Assembly: GCA_049975265.1 (NCBI GenBank)
Contig: JBNGDF010000027.1
Coordinates: forward strand, 1 to 34,252
Origin: Fidelibacterota bacterium
GTDB taxonomy: Bacteria > Fidelibacterota > UBA2242
DNA length: 34,252 nt
Direction: 5' to 3'
Shown here in pieces: positions 26,703 through 34,252 of this stretch. The position numbers and the translations under genes are program-made. Every line of letters starts with the position of its first letter. Positions within the stretch are counted from its first letter, which is position 1. The notes beneath the pieces are model-generated. The model searched no databases. It had not been told where the DNA came from and saw only the letters and a list, made by a program, of their open reading frames with translations.

Positions 26703-27228
26703 TGGTATATCCCTCGTTTGCTTTCAGTGCCGACAGCTGCTCATTGGTCCGCCGCAGGCGCTCACCGATGACTTTCGACAAGGAAAACAGAATCTTGATC
26801 CCCAGCCGCGGCTTCCGGTAAAGCAGGTCCAGAAAATCGGGACGAAAAAAGCCCAGAATTTCACATTTTTCGTTGGCAATCGCCGATGCGGAACGGGGTG
26901 ATTCATCCAGCAGCGCCAGGTCTCCAAAAAAGGCACCATCCTTCAACTCCGCCAGAGTGGTGGCGCTTTCGCCCTCTTTTTCCTCCACAATGTTCACAGA
27001 ACCGGTGACAATGATATACATCCCCAGCCCCGGGTCTCCCATCCGGAAAATCGGCTCACCCTTTTTATATTCCCGACGGTGAATGATCTTCTCCACTTCG
27101 TTCAGCTCTTTCGGATTCAGATCGGAAAAAATCGGCACGTTCTTCAAAATATTGAAAATATCCTCGTCACTACGCTGTTTGCGAAACCGAACAACCTCCC
27201 ATATTGGACTATCCATCGCTGATTTCAT
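26695..27228 (-). CDS. Stand-alone cyclic nucleotide-binding domain protein
   Basis: LKNVPIFSDL, IFRMGDPG.GMYIIVTGSV, FFGDLALLDESPRSASA, C-helix; no HTH. Overlaps the AI-2E start by 8 bp. Confidence 0.92.
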   Translation of the reverse strand: MKSAMDSPIWEVVRFRKQRSDEDIFNILKNVPIFSDLNPKELNEVEKIIHRREYKKGEPIFRMGDPGLGMYIIVTGSVNIVEEKEGESATTLAELKDGAFFGDLALLDESPRSASAIANEKCEILGFFRPDFLDLLYRKPRLGIKILFSLSKVIGERLRRTNEQLSALKANEGYTNG

Positions 27229-27319
27229 CCTTCTTTTTATACTTTACAAAATGCCATGAATAAATTTACGATTGTTTTTAAACAAGTAAATAAAATTATT
27301 GAAGTCCACCTTTATAATC

Positions 27320-27348
27320 TTGAAATTAGCGGGGACAATTGCTATTTT
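27320..27348 (+). promoter_or_regulatory. Putative sigma70 promoter of the envC-holB-ricT-metG operon
   Basis: TTGAAA-N17-TATTTT with an extended -10 TGc; same -35 as the tRNA promoter. Confidence 0.5.
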
Positions 27349-27364
27349 GCAGACAAGCAGGAAC

Positions 27365-28564
27365 ATGATCATAAATATACGCACCATATTCATTTTTTTC
27401 ATCATGGCAGTCTTTACCGCCGCTGCAGCCCAGGAGGATATCGATAAAAAAATCGATTACACGTCGGAAGAGCTCCAGAAAATCCGTCAGGAAATTGAGA
27501 ACCACCGTGCCCGGCTGGAACGCACCAAATCCAAAGAGAAAACACTCCTGTCACAACTCCAGGAAACCGAAAAAGAGATCAGTCTCACCTCCAAACTCGT
27601 CCGCCAACTCAGCCGCGAACAGCGCTTGAAGGAGCAGCAGATCGAACAAACCCGCGCCTCCATCGAGCGCCTCACCGGCAATCTCGAAACCCTGAAACGA
27701 AATTTTGCCCGGCGGCTCGTGCATGTCTATAAACAGGGCGATTTCAATGATTGGGAGCTGCTACTGACGTCGCAATCGCTCAATCAGGCTATCTATCGCA
27801 TCAAATATCTCCGTATCATCGCCGATATCGACAAAAAAACCGTCGCCAATATCCGCCTGAATATCCGGGCGATCGACCAGAAAAAAGCCCAACTGACCGC
27901 CGAACTGGCTGATCTCCAGAAAATCACCAACGAGAAAATCCGCCACCGGGAATCCCTGACCCGGCAAAAAAAACAGCGCGATCAGCAGCTGAAAGCCGCT
28001 CAAAAAGACCGCAATAACCTGATTGCCCAGATCAAAGCCAAGGAGAAAGCCGCCGAAGAGCTCTCCAACCTGATCGCCAGTCTGGAAAAAGAACGCGCCA
28101 CAATTCAGCGTGAATTGGAGCGCCAGCGCCAGCTGGCGGGAATGGCAACCGCCAATCCGTTTCTCAAGAGCCGCGGCAAACTCATCTGGCCGGTGAACGG
28201 ACAGGTGGTGTCCAAATTCGGCATCCAGAAGCACCCCACACTCAAAACAATCACCGAAAACTCAGGCATTGATATCAAAGTCAGCAAAGGCACACCGGTA
28301 CGCGCTGTCCTGGATGGTGTCGTTACCACGATCACCTATATCCGCGGTTTCGGTAATCTGGTGATCATTGACCACGGCTCCGGATTCTACACCGTCTATT
28401 CCCACATTGACAACGTAACCGTCTTTGAGAAAGAATATGTCAAACGAAACAGCATCATCGCCGAAGTCAGCGATTCCGGCACTCTGAGCGGCGCTATGTT
28501 GCACTTTGAAATCTGGAGCAATCGCACAAAATTAAACCCCGAAGAATGGCTGGCAAAACGCTGA
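27365..28564 (+). CDS. envC: EnvC-like murein hydrolase activator (coiled coil plus degenerate M23/LytM domain)
   Basis: Signal peptide, long coiled coil, GKLIWPVNG, NSGIDI (His of HxxxD lost), IIDHG, MLHFEI (first His of HxH lost). Start set at ATG 27365. Confidence 0.88.
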   Translation: MIINIRTIFIFFIMAVFTAAAAQEDIDKKIDYTSEELQKIRQEIENHRARLERTKSKEKTLLSQLQETEKEISLTSKLVRQLSREQRLKEQQIEQTRASIERLTGNLETLKRNFARRLVHVYKQGDFNDWELLLTSQSLNQAIYRIKYLRIIADIDKKTVANIRLNIRAIDQKKAQLTAELADLQKITNEKIRHRESLTRQKKQRDQQLKAAQKDRNNLIAQIKAKEKAAEELSNLIASLEKERATIQRELERQRQLAGMATANPFLKSRGKLIWPVNGQVVSKFGIQKHPTLKTITENSGIDIKVSKGTPVRAVLDGVVTTITYIRGFGNLVIIDHGSGFYTVYSHIDNVTVFEKEYVKRNSIIAEVSDSGTLSGAMLHFEIWSNRTKLNPEEWLAKR

Positions 28565-29700
28565 TGACCCTTTTTCCTCTGATCAACCAACAGACCAACC
28601 TCGACTTTCTGACCAATGCAATTAAGCACGACCGGGTCAGCAACGCCTACATTTTTTACGGACCGGAAGGGAGCGGCTCCGAAGGCTTTGCCCTGGAATT
28701 TGCCGCCATGTTAAATTGCCAGTCCGGAACACCGACGCCCTGTGGAACCTGCAGCGCCTGTAAAAAAATCCGCCGCCTCGAGCACAGCAACCTTGAACTG
28801 GTTTTCCCGATTCCAAGATACAAGGACAGCACCGCAGACGATGAACCTTTCAAAAAATTTACGCAGGCACAAATCGATGAGATTCAGGAGCTGATCCGCA
28901 ATAAAGCACAAAATCCCTACTTCAAAATCAAAGTCCCGAAAGCTCTCCACATTCCCATCAATTTCATCCGCGAAATCAAGCGCCGCACCTATCTCCGGTC
29001 GCAGGAATCCGGTTGGAAAGTAGTAGTCATTTTCGACGCCCATCTGATGACCGAACCCGCCGCCAATGCTTTCCTGAAAATTCTCGAAGAACCGCCGGAA
29101 AAATCCACCTTCATTCTGTCCACTTCCAACCTCAGCGTAATGCTGCCTACCGTCGTCTCCCGCTGTCAGACCCGTTACTTCCCCGCCCTGTCTTTTGACC
29201 AATTGCGGGACTATCTGATTCAGCAAAAGGCTACCGAAAACCATATCAATCTGATCACTCGCCTGAGTGCCGGAGACGTCCAACAGGCACTCTGTCTCAT
29301 CAATACGGAAATTGACATGTTCATCAACCTGATCCTCGATATTATGCGATCCGTCGCCGGCTGGAACATTAAAAACATCTATAACCTCGTTGAATCGCTG
29401 GCAGCCATTCAGCGGGAAGATGAGATTCGTTTCAAACAGATTCTCATGGCGATCGCTTTCTGGTTCCGGGACGCTATTGTCCTGAAAACCGAGTCAGACC
29501 CACAGCAAATGATCTATACCGATTTGCAAACCGAAATCGGTAATTTCGTCAGGGCTTACCCCGATTTTGACCCCTTTTTCGCCCTGACTTCCGTCGAGAA
29601 TTGTATTGATTTCATACATCGCAATGTCTATATTAATCTTGCTTTGTTACATCTATTTTTCAATCTAAATAAATCACTCAAACCAGGAAAGCAGCTATAA
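28564..29700 (+). CDS. holB: DNA polymerase III subunit delta'
   Basis: NAYIFYGPEG, Zn module LNC...PCGTCSAC, AANAFLKILEEPP, LPTVVSRC. ATG 28564 overlaps the envC TGA; 28546 is an alternative start. Confidence 0.93.
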   Translation: MTLFPLINQQTNLDFLTNAIKHDRVSNAYIFYGPEGSGSEGFALEFAAMLNCQSGTPTPCGTCSACKKIRRLEHSNLELVFPIPRYKDSTADDEPFKKFTQAQIDEIQELIRNKAQNPYFKIKVPKALHIPINFIREIKRRTYLRSQESGWKVVVIFDAHLMTEPAANAFLKILEEPPEKSTFILSTSNLSVMLPTVVSRCQTRYFPALSFDQLRDYLIQQKATENHINLITRLSAGDVQQALCLINTEIDMFINLILDIMRSVAGWNIKNIYNLVESLAAIQREDEIRFKQILMAIAFWFRDAIVLKTESDPQQMIYTDLQTEIGNFVRAYPDFDPFFALTSVENCIDFIHRNVYINLALLHLFFNLNKSLKPGKQL

Positions 29701-30521
29701 TGTCCTCAAAGGAACCCTTGGTTAAAATAAAGTTTCAAAACTCCCGGCGTGAAATATTCCGCAACCCTAAAGAATTCCCCATCAAAGATAACGACACTGT
29801 TGTAGTGGAAGCCGAACGAGGCGAAGACCTGGGTGTGGCGATTACGTATCCGAATCCGAAAAATGCCGGCGACGCCGATCGGGATAAATTGACCGTGCTG
29901 CGCAAAGCCAACTCCCAGGACATCTCGAAAAACAGTGAAAACCTAATTCGCCAGAAAACCGCCTTTACCTTCTGCCGGCAGTGCATTCAGGACCTGCGGC
30001 TGCCGATGAAACTGGTGGATGTCGAATATCGCCTGGATCGCAAAAAGATCATTTTCTATTTTACCGCCGACGACCGGATCGATTTTCGCGAACTCGTTAA
30101 GATGCTGGCATCCGAATTCAAAACCCGCATCGAAATGCGACAGATCAGCACCCGCGAAGAAATTCGCCGGGTTGGTGGAATCGGTCCCTGCGGCAAACCG
30201 GTCTGCTGTTATCGCTATATCGATGATTTCGATCCGATCAGTACCCAGCTGGTCAAAGAACAGAACCTGCCGATGAATCCCACGAAAATATCGGGGCTCT
30301 GCGGAAAACTGAAATGCTGCTACCGCTACGAACACGATTTTTATAAAGAATGTCTGGGAAAATACCCATCCTATGGCACCAGAGTAACCTTCCGCAAACA
30401 GACGGTTGTGATTGAAAAAATTGATATTTTCCAGCAAACCGTTGCCCTTAAATACGAAAACGAAGAGATCGAAGAAATCCCGCTGAAGGATTTCGATAAC
30501 CAATATAAAATACTGACCTAA
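29700..30521 (+). CDS. ricT: PSP1-domain protein RicT/YaaT
   Basis: VVVEAERGEDLG, MKLVDVE, FYFTADDRIDFRELVK, RIEMRQI, GGIGPCGKPVCC, SGLCGKLKCC; usual position after holB. Confidence 0.92.
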   Translation: MSSKEPLVKIKFQNSRREIFRNPKEFPIKDNDTVVVEAERGEDLGVAITYPNPKNAGDADRDKLTVLRKANSQDISKNSENLIRQKTAFTFCRQCIQDLRLPMKLVDVEYRLDRKKIIFYFTADDRIDFRELVKMLASEFKTRIEMRQISTREEIRRVGGIGPCGKPVCCYRYIDDFDPISTQLVKEQNLPMNPTKISGLCGKLKCCYRYEHDFYKECLGKYPSYGTRVTFRKQTVVIEKIDIFQQTVALKYENEEIEEIPLKDFDNQYKILT

Positions 30522-30542
30522 TTTCAACGGTTGAAAAGCGCT

Positions 30543-32435
30543 ATGAACTCCGGCAAAACCTTCTATGTCACTACCCCGATTTATTATGTAAATGATATGC
30601 CCCACATCGGACATGCCTACACGACAATCCTCGCCGATGTCCTGGCTCGTTACCACCGCAACAACGGCGACGAAGTCTTTTTTCTGACCGGCACCGACGA
30701 ACACGGTCAGAAAATTCAACAAGCCGCCGAAAAAGCCGGCATCTCACCCCAGAAACAGTGCGACCGCATGGCAAGGCATTTTCAGGAAGCCTGGCAACGC
30801 CTGGAAATCTCCCACGATTTTTTCATCCGCACCACGGCTGATTTTCATAAAACCGCCGTCCAGAAAGTATTACAGGATTTATGGGACCGGGACGAAATCT
30901 ACGAACACAAATATGGCGGTTACTATTGCGTCGGCTGCGAACGATTTTACACCCGGAAAGAGTTGGTTGACGGCAAATGTCCCCAGCATTTGAAAGAGCC
31001 GGAGTACATCAAAGAAAAGAACTACTTTTTCAAGATGAGCCGGTATCAGGACTGGCTGATCGATTACATTCAGCAACACCCCGCTTTTATCCAGCCTGAG
31101 ACCCGCCGTAACGAGGTTTTAGGTTTCCTTAAGGGTAAACTTGAGGACCTGTGTATATCGCGCCCTAAAACGCGGCTCAGCTGGGGCATCGAATTGCCCT
31201 TTGATAAAAATTTCGTCACCTACGTCTGGTTCGATGCACTTCTGAACTATGTCACCGCCATCGGTTATAAACAGAATGACGACACATTTAAGAAATGGTG
31301 GCCGGCGGATTATCATCTGATCGGCAAAGACATCGTTACCACCCATTGCGTCTACTGGCCGACGATGATGAAAGCCGCCGGGATTCCCATGCCGAAAACC
31401 ATCTTCGCCCACGGCTGGTGGATGGTGGATGCCACGAAAATGTCCAAATCACTGCAGAATATCGTCAAGCCCCTCGATCTGATCGATAAATACGGCGTCG
31501 ATCCGCTGCGCTATTACCTGATCCGGGATATGGTGCTTGGGCAGGACGCCAATTTCAGCGAAGAGATGTTCATCAAACGTTATAATTCGGACCTGGCAAA
31601 CGATTTCGGGAATCTCGCCAGCCGGATCACGACATTGATCCGGAAAAATTTTCAGAATAACATTCCCCCGGAAAAGAATCCCGGCGAAGCAGAAAATGCA
31701 ATTCGGGACGATGGCGTTGCGCTCGCCAGGCGTGTCCATGAACTCATCGATCAGATGCGTCTTAATGAGGCGATTGAGACCATCATCGCCTATATCCGCT
31801 CCATCAATCGCTACATGGAGCAGAAGGCACCCTGGAAACTGGTCAGGAAGGACCTCGATAAAGCCGGCACTGTGCTCTACACAGCCGCCCAGGGTTTCTG
31901 TATCGCCGCCCGTTTGCTGAGACCGGTAATGCCGTCGAAAATCGAAAAAATCTTAACGGTTTTCCCCCTGAATCCAACGCAGGATTCCTGGGGCAGTCTG
32001 AAAAGCGGCAGCAGCTTGGGAAAAACCGCCATTCTGTTCCCCCGAATTCAGGACGCGGATAAGGAAAAAGTGCAGGAGAAAAAAGCTATACCGGTAGATC
32101 ATGAAAACCTGAATCTGATCACCATTGATGATTTTCAAAAAATCAAGATGGTTACCGCCAAAATTGTCGCCGCGGAAAAGGTAGCAGATGCGAACAAGCT
32201 GCTGAAATTACAGATTGATACCGGTGCTGACCGGCGTCAGATCGTCGCCGGTATTGCTGCGCACTATGCACCGGAGGAGTTAATCGGTAAAACCATTGTC
32301 ATCGTTGCAAATATGAAACCGGCAACCATCCGGGGTGTAGAGAGTCACGGGATGCTGTTGGCGGCTAAAAAGGGTCGGCAGTTGCGGCTGGTTACCGTAT
32401 CCGACGAAATTGAGCCCGGTGCATCAGTTGGCTAA
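30543..32435 (+). CDS. metG: Methionine--tRNA ligase with C-terminal tRNA-binding OB domain
   Basis: TTPIYYVN, HIGH, TGTDEHG, CVGC...CPQH knuckle, YVWFDAL, KMSKS, C-terminal RQIVAGI...SHGMLLA. Confidence 0.98.
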   Translation: MNSGKTFYVTTPIYYVNDMPHIGHAYTTILADVLARYHRNNGDEVFFLTGTDEHGQKIQQAAEKAGISPQKQCDRMARHFQEAWQRLEISHDFFIRTTADFHKTAVQKVLQDLWDRDEIYEHKYGGYYCVGCERFYTRKELVDGKCPQHLKEPEYIKEKNYFFKMSRYQDWLIDYIQQHPAFIQPETRRNEVLGFLKGKLEDLCISRPKTRLSWGIELPFDKNFVTYVWFDALLNYVTAIGYKQNDDTFKKWWPADYHLIGKDIVTTHCVYWPTMMKAAGIPMPKTIFAHGWWMVDATKMSKSLQNIVKPLDLIDKYGVDPLRYYLIRDMVLGQDANFSEEMFIKRYNSDLANDFGNLASRITTLIRKNFQNNIPPEKNPGEAENAIRDDGVALARRVHELIDQMRLNEAIETIIAYIRSINRYMEQKAPWKLVRKDLDKAGTVLYTAAQGFCIAARLLRPVMPSKIEKILTVFPLNPTQDSWGSLKSGSSLGKTAILFPRIQDADKEKVQEKKAIPVDHENLNLITIDDFQKIKMVTAKIVAAEKVADANKLLKLQIDTGADRRQIVAGIAAHYAPEELIGKTIVIVANMKPATIRGVESHGMLLAAKKGRQLRLVTVSDEIEPGASVG

Positions 32436-32510
32436 ACCGACATCAGGATGTGAAGATTCCCAATACAAAGAAATCCTCTCTCCTAATTCACTTCCGGTTG
32501 ATAATCCGTA

Positions 32511-32572
32511 TTTGAACTTAAACTTTGAACTTTAAACTTTAAACTTTGAACTTTAAACTTGCCACTTTAAAC
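32511..32572 (+). repeat. Heptamer tandem repeat (TTTRAAC)n, 9 units
   Basis: tttgaac ttaaac tttgaac tttaaac tttaaac tttgaac tttaaac ttgccac tttaaac; ends 9 nt before the tatD ATG. Confidence 0.92.
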
Positions 32573-32581
32573 TCGTCATAA

Positions 32582-33343
32582 ATGTTTATCGACACTCACT
32601 GCCATCTGAATTTTCCGGAACTGTACGATAAGCGAAAAACCATCGTTGAGCGCGCTATCGCCGCTGATGTGACAAAAATCGTCACCATTGGCACTGATAT
32701 TGAATCGTCGCGCAGATCTGTTGAAATTGCCGCCGAATTTCCGGAAGTGTACGCCGCCGTCGGCATACATCCCACCGATTTACTGAATGTAAATGATAAC
32801 TGGCAGGCTGAACTCGCTGAGCTGCTTCGTCAGCCGAAAGTCGTCGCCGTCGGAGAAATCGGACTGGATTACTACTGGGATACCACCGAACCTGAGGATC
32901 AGAAACGCTTTTTCAAGGCTCAAATCGATATTGCAAAAAGGTTAACCTTGCCGATGATCATTCATAATCGCCGGGCAGATGCAGACATTAAATCCATTTT
33001 ACTGGAAAAACAGTATTTCAATGGCGTACTGCACTGCTACTCCGGTGATGAGATTTACGCCCGGGAAATGCTGGATTTGGGTTTGCTACTTTCGTTCACC
33101 GGCAATTTCACCTACGGCTCCAAAAAATTGCGCCGTGTCCTGCAGAAGGTGCCACTGGATAGAATCATGCTCGAAACCGATGCCCCGTTTATCACTCCGG
33201 TGCCGCACAAATCCGAGACCAATGAACCGGCTTACATTCCCTTCATCGCAGAAAATATTGCTGAAATAAAAAATATCCCGCTTGCGACAATCGCCGCTAC
33301 CACTACCCGGACGGCTCTAAAATTTTTTCGCATTTCACAATGA
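32582..33343 (+). CDS. tatD: TatD-family hydrolase/DNase
   Basis: IDTHCHL, VGIHP, VGEIGLDY, IIHNR, LHCYSG, ETDAP. Confidence 0.95.
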   Translation: MFIDTHCHLNFPELYDKRKTIVERAIAADVTKIVTIGTDIESSRRSVEIAAEFPEVYAAVGIHPTDLLNVNDNWQAELAELLRQPKVVAVGEIGLDYYWDTTEPEDQKRFFKAQIDIAKRLTLPMIIHNRRADADIKSILLEKQYFNGVLHCYSGDEIYAREMLDLGLLLSFTGNFTYGSKKLRRVLQKVPLDRIMLETDAPFITPVPHKSETNEPAYIPFIAENIAEIKNIPLATIAATTTRTALKFFRISQ

Positions 33344-34113
33344 AACCGTATGCGAAAAAGCGCTTCGGGCAGAATTTTCTGATTGATCCCAATATTCTCA
33401 GGAAAATTGTCGGCGCCATCGCGCCTCAGCCGGATGATATCATCGTTGAAATCGGACCGGGCAAAGGCGCCTTGACAAAATATCTGGCAGAATCACGGAC
33501 TGAGGTGTATGCCATTGAGATTGACGCCGATCTGATTCCCGGACTGGAGCAGAAATTTGCCGATTATCCCAATGTAAGCATTATTTATCAGGATGCTCTT
33601 AAATTCGATTACAGGTTTATTGCAGGTAATCATAAAAAACTAAGAATCGTCGGTAATATTCCCTACAATATCAGTTCTCCGCTGCTGTTTAGAATGTTTG
33701 AATTTCATGACTCGATTGCTGATATTCATTTTCTGGTTCAGCGCGAAATCGCCCGGCGAATCTGCGCCGGACCGAACAGCAAGGAGTACGGAATTTTATC
33801 GGCGATAACCCGATTTTACGGCGATCCGGAAATCGCTTTTGCGGTTTCGCCAACAGTTTTCCGCCCAATCCCGGAGGTCACCTCGGCACTGTTAGCCATC
33901 CGCATGAAAACAGTGTCCGGCGATCTGGAGTTTATTGAAAATTTTCACAGAACCGTACGAACGGCTTTCGCAAAACGGCGTAAGATTCTCCGCAACACTC
34001 TGGCAGAGATTATACCTCGCTCTGCAGTCGCCGGTCCGGTGGATTTGTCCCGACGGGCGGAGTCCCTGACAGTATCTGAATTTATAGCCCTGACTCACTG
34101 GCTTTTCAGATAG
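33340..34113 (+). CDS. rsmA: 16S rRNA adenine dimethyltransferase KsgA
   Basis: KKRFGQNFL, EIGPGKGALT, IEID, VGNIPYNISS, RRAESL. ATGA overlap with tatD. Confidence 0.96.
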   Translation: MKPYAKKRFGQNFLIDPNILRKIVGAIAPQPDDIIVEIGPGKGALTKYLAESRTEVYAIEIDADLIPGLEQKFADYPNVSIIYQDALKFDYRFIAGNHKKLRIVGNIPYNISSPLLFRMFEFHDSIADIHFLVQREIARRICAGPNSKEYGILSAITRFYGDPEIAFAVSPTVFRPIPEVTSALLAIRMKTVSGDLEFIENFHRTVRTAFAKRRKILRNTLAEIIPRSAVAGPVDLSRRAESLTVSEFIALTHWLFR

Positions 34114-34132
34114 AAGACGGTATTATTTTTTC

Positions 34133-34161
34133 TTGAAATCTCGCTGAAAACAGAATAACTT
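34133..34161 (+). promoter_or_regulatory. Sigma70 promoter of the tRNA gene
   Basis: TTGAAA-N17-TAACTT followed by a GC-rich discriminator (acccgc), 17 nt upstream of the tRNA. Confidence 0.65.
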
Positions 34162-34178
34162 TACCCGCTTTCTGACAG

Positions 34179-34252
34179 GGGCCTCTAGCTCAACGGTTAG
34201 AGCGCCGGACTCATAATCCGTCGGTTCGGGGTTCGAATCCCCGGGGGCCCAC
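34179..34252 (+). tRNA. tRNA with CAU anticodon, most likely tRNA-Ile2 (lysidine-modified); 3' end cut by the window edge
   Basis: Acceptor GGGCCTC/GGGGCCC, D-arm GCTC/GAGC, anticodon loop CTCATAA, T-arm CGGGG-TTCGAAT-CCCCG, discriminator A 34251. C4-G69 and C5-G68 are TilS determinants; G1-C72 is paired, so not an initiator tRNA. Confidence 0.93.

Noticed and set aside
27365..28564. Active M23 endopeptidase
   Set aside because: Zn/catalytic histidines are substituted (NSGID, MLH), which is normal for EnvC-type activators.
32511..32572. CRISPR array
   Set aside because: Contiguous 7-nt units with no spacers and no cas genes.
493..34098. Many 60-270 aa alternative-frame and antisense ORFs (e.g. 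7278-7868, 11192-11788, 21259-22059, 29943-30722)
   Set aside because: They overlap well-supported genes and have no recognisable motifs; shadow ORFs.
34179..34252. Initiator tRNA-fMet
   Set aside because: Positions 1-72 are paired, and the anticodon stem lacks three consecutive G-C pairs.

Overview
Mostly housekeeping chromosome (about 45-50% GC by eye), probably from an FCB-superphylum bacterium such as Ca. Marinimicrobia, KSB1 or Calditrichota. That placement is inferred from a T9SS-type C-terminal sorting domain and the gene content. In order the window holds: the 3' end of an AT-rich secreted-protein gene; a TPR-TM-PAS sensor; a minus-strand run glgP-cobB-TPR lipoprotein-pyrK-pyrD-rlpA-cdsA-glmU-like; a peptidoglycan-hydrolase pair (GHL10 plus a NagZ/serine-hydrolase fusion); a 520-bp spacer packed with palindromic repeats; an APC permease-PTS EIIA fusion interrupted by an in-frame TAG; fbaA; a YbaK-family gene; a minus-strand ion-transport cluster; envC-holB-ricT-metG-tatD-rsmA; and a tRNA(CAU), most likely Ile2, at which the window ends. 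The best candidate for something new is the ion cluster. Its KtrB carries a 140-aa N-terminal voltage-sensor-like (S1-S4) domain. It sits with KtrA, an output-less TM-HAMP-PAS protein, CorA, an AI-2E transporter and a stand-alone cyclic-nucleotide-binding protein. Also notable are a REP/REPIN-like palindrome family at three intergenic loci, a heptamer tandem array before tatD, a probable ATA start codon and a non-canonical GlmU. No CRISPR array, transposase, integrase or prophage gene was seen. All assignments come from motif recognition by eye; no database searches were run.
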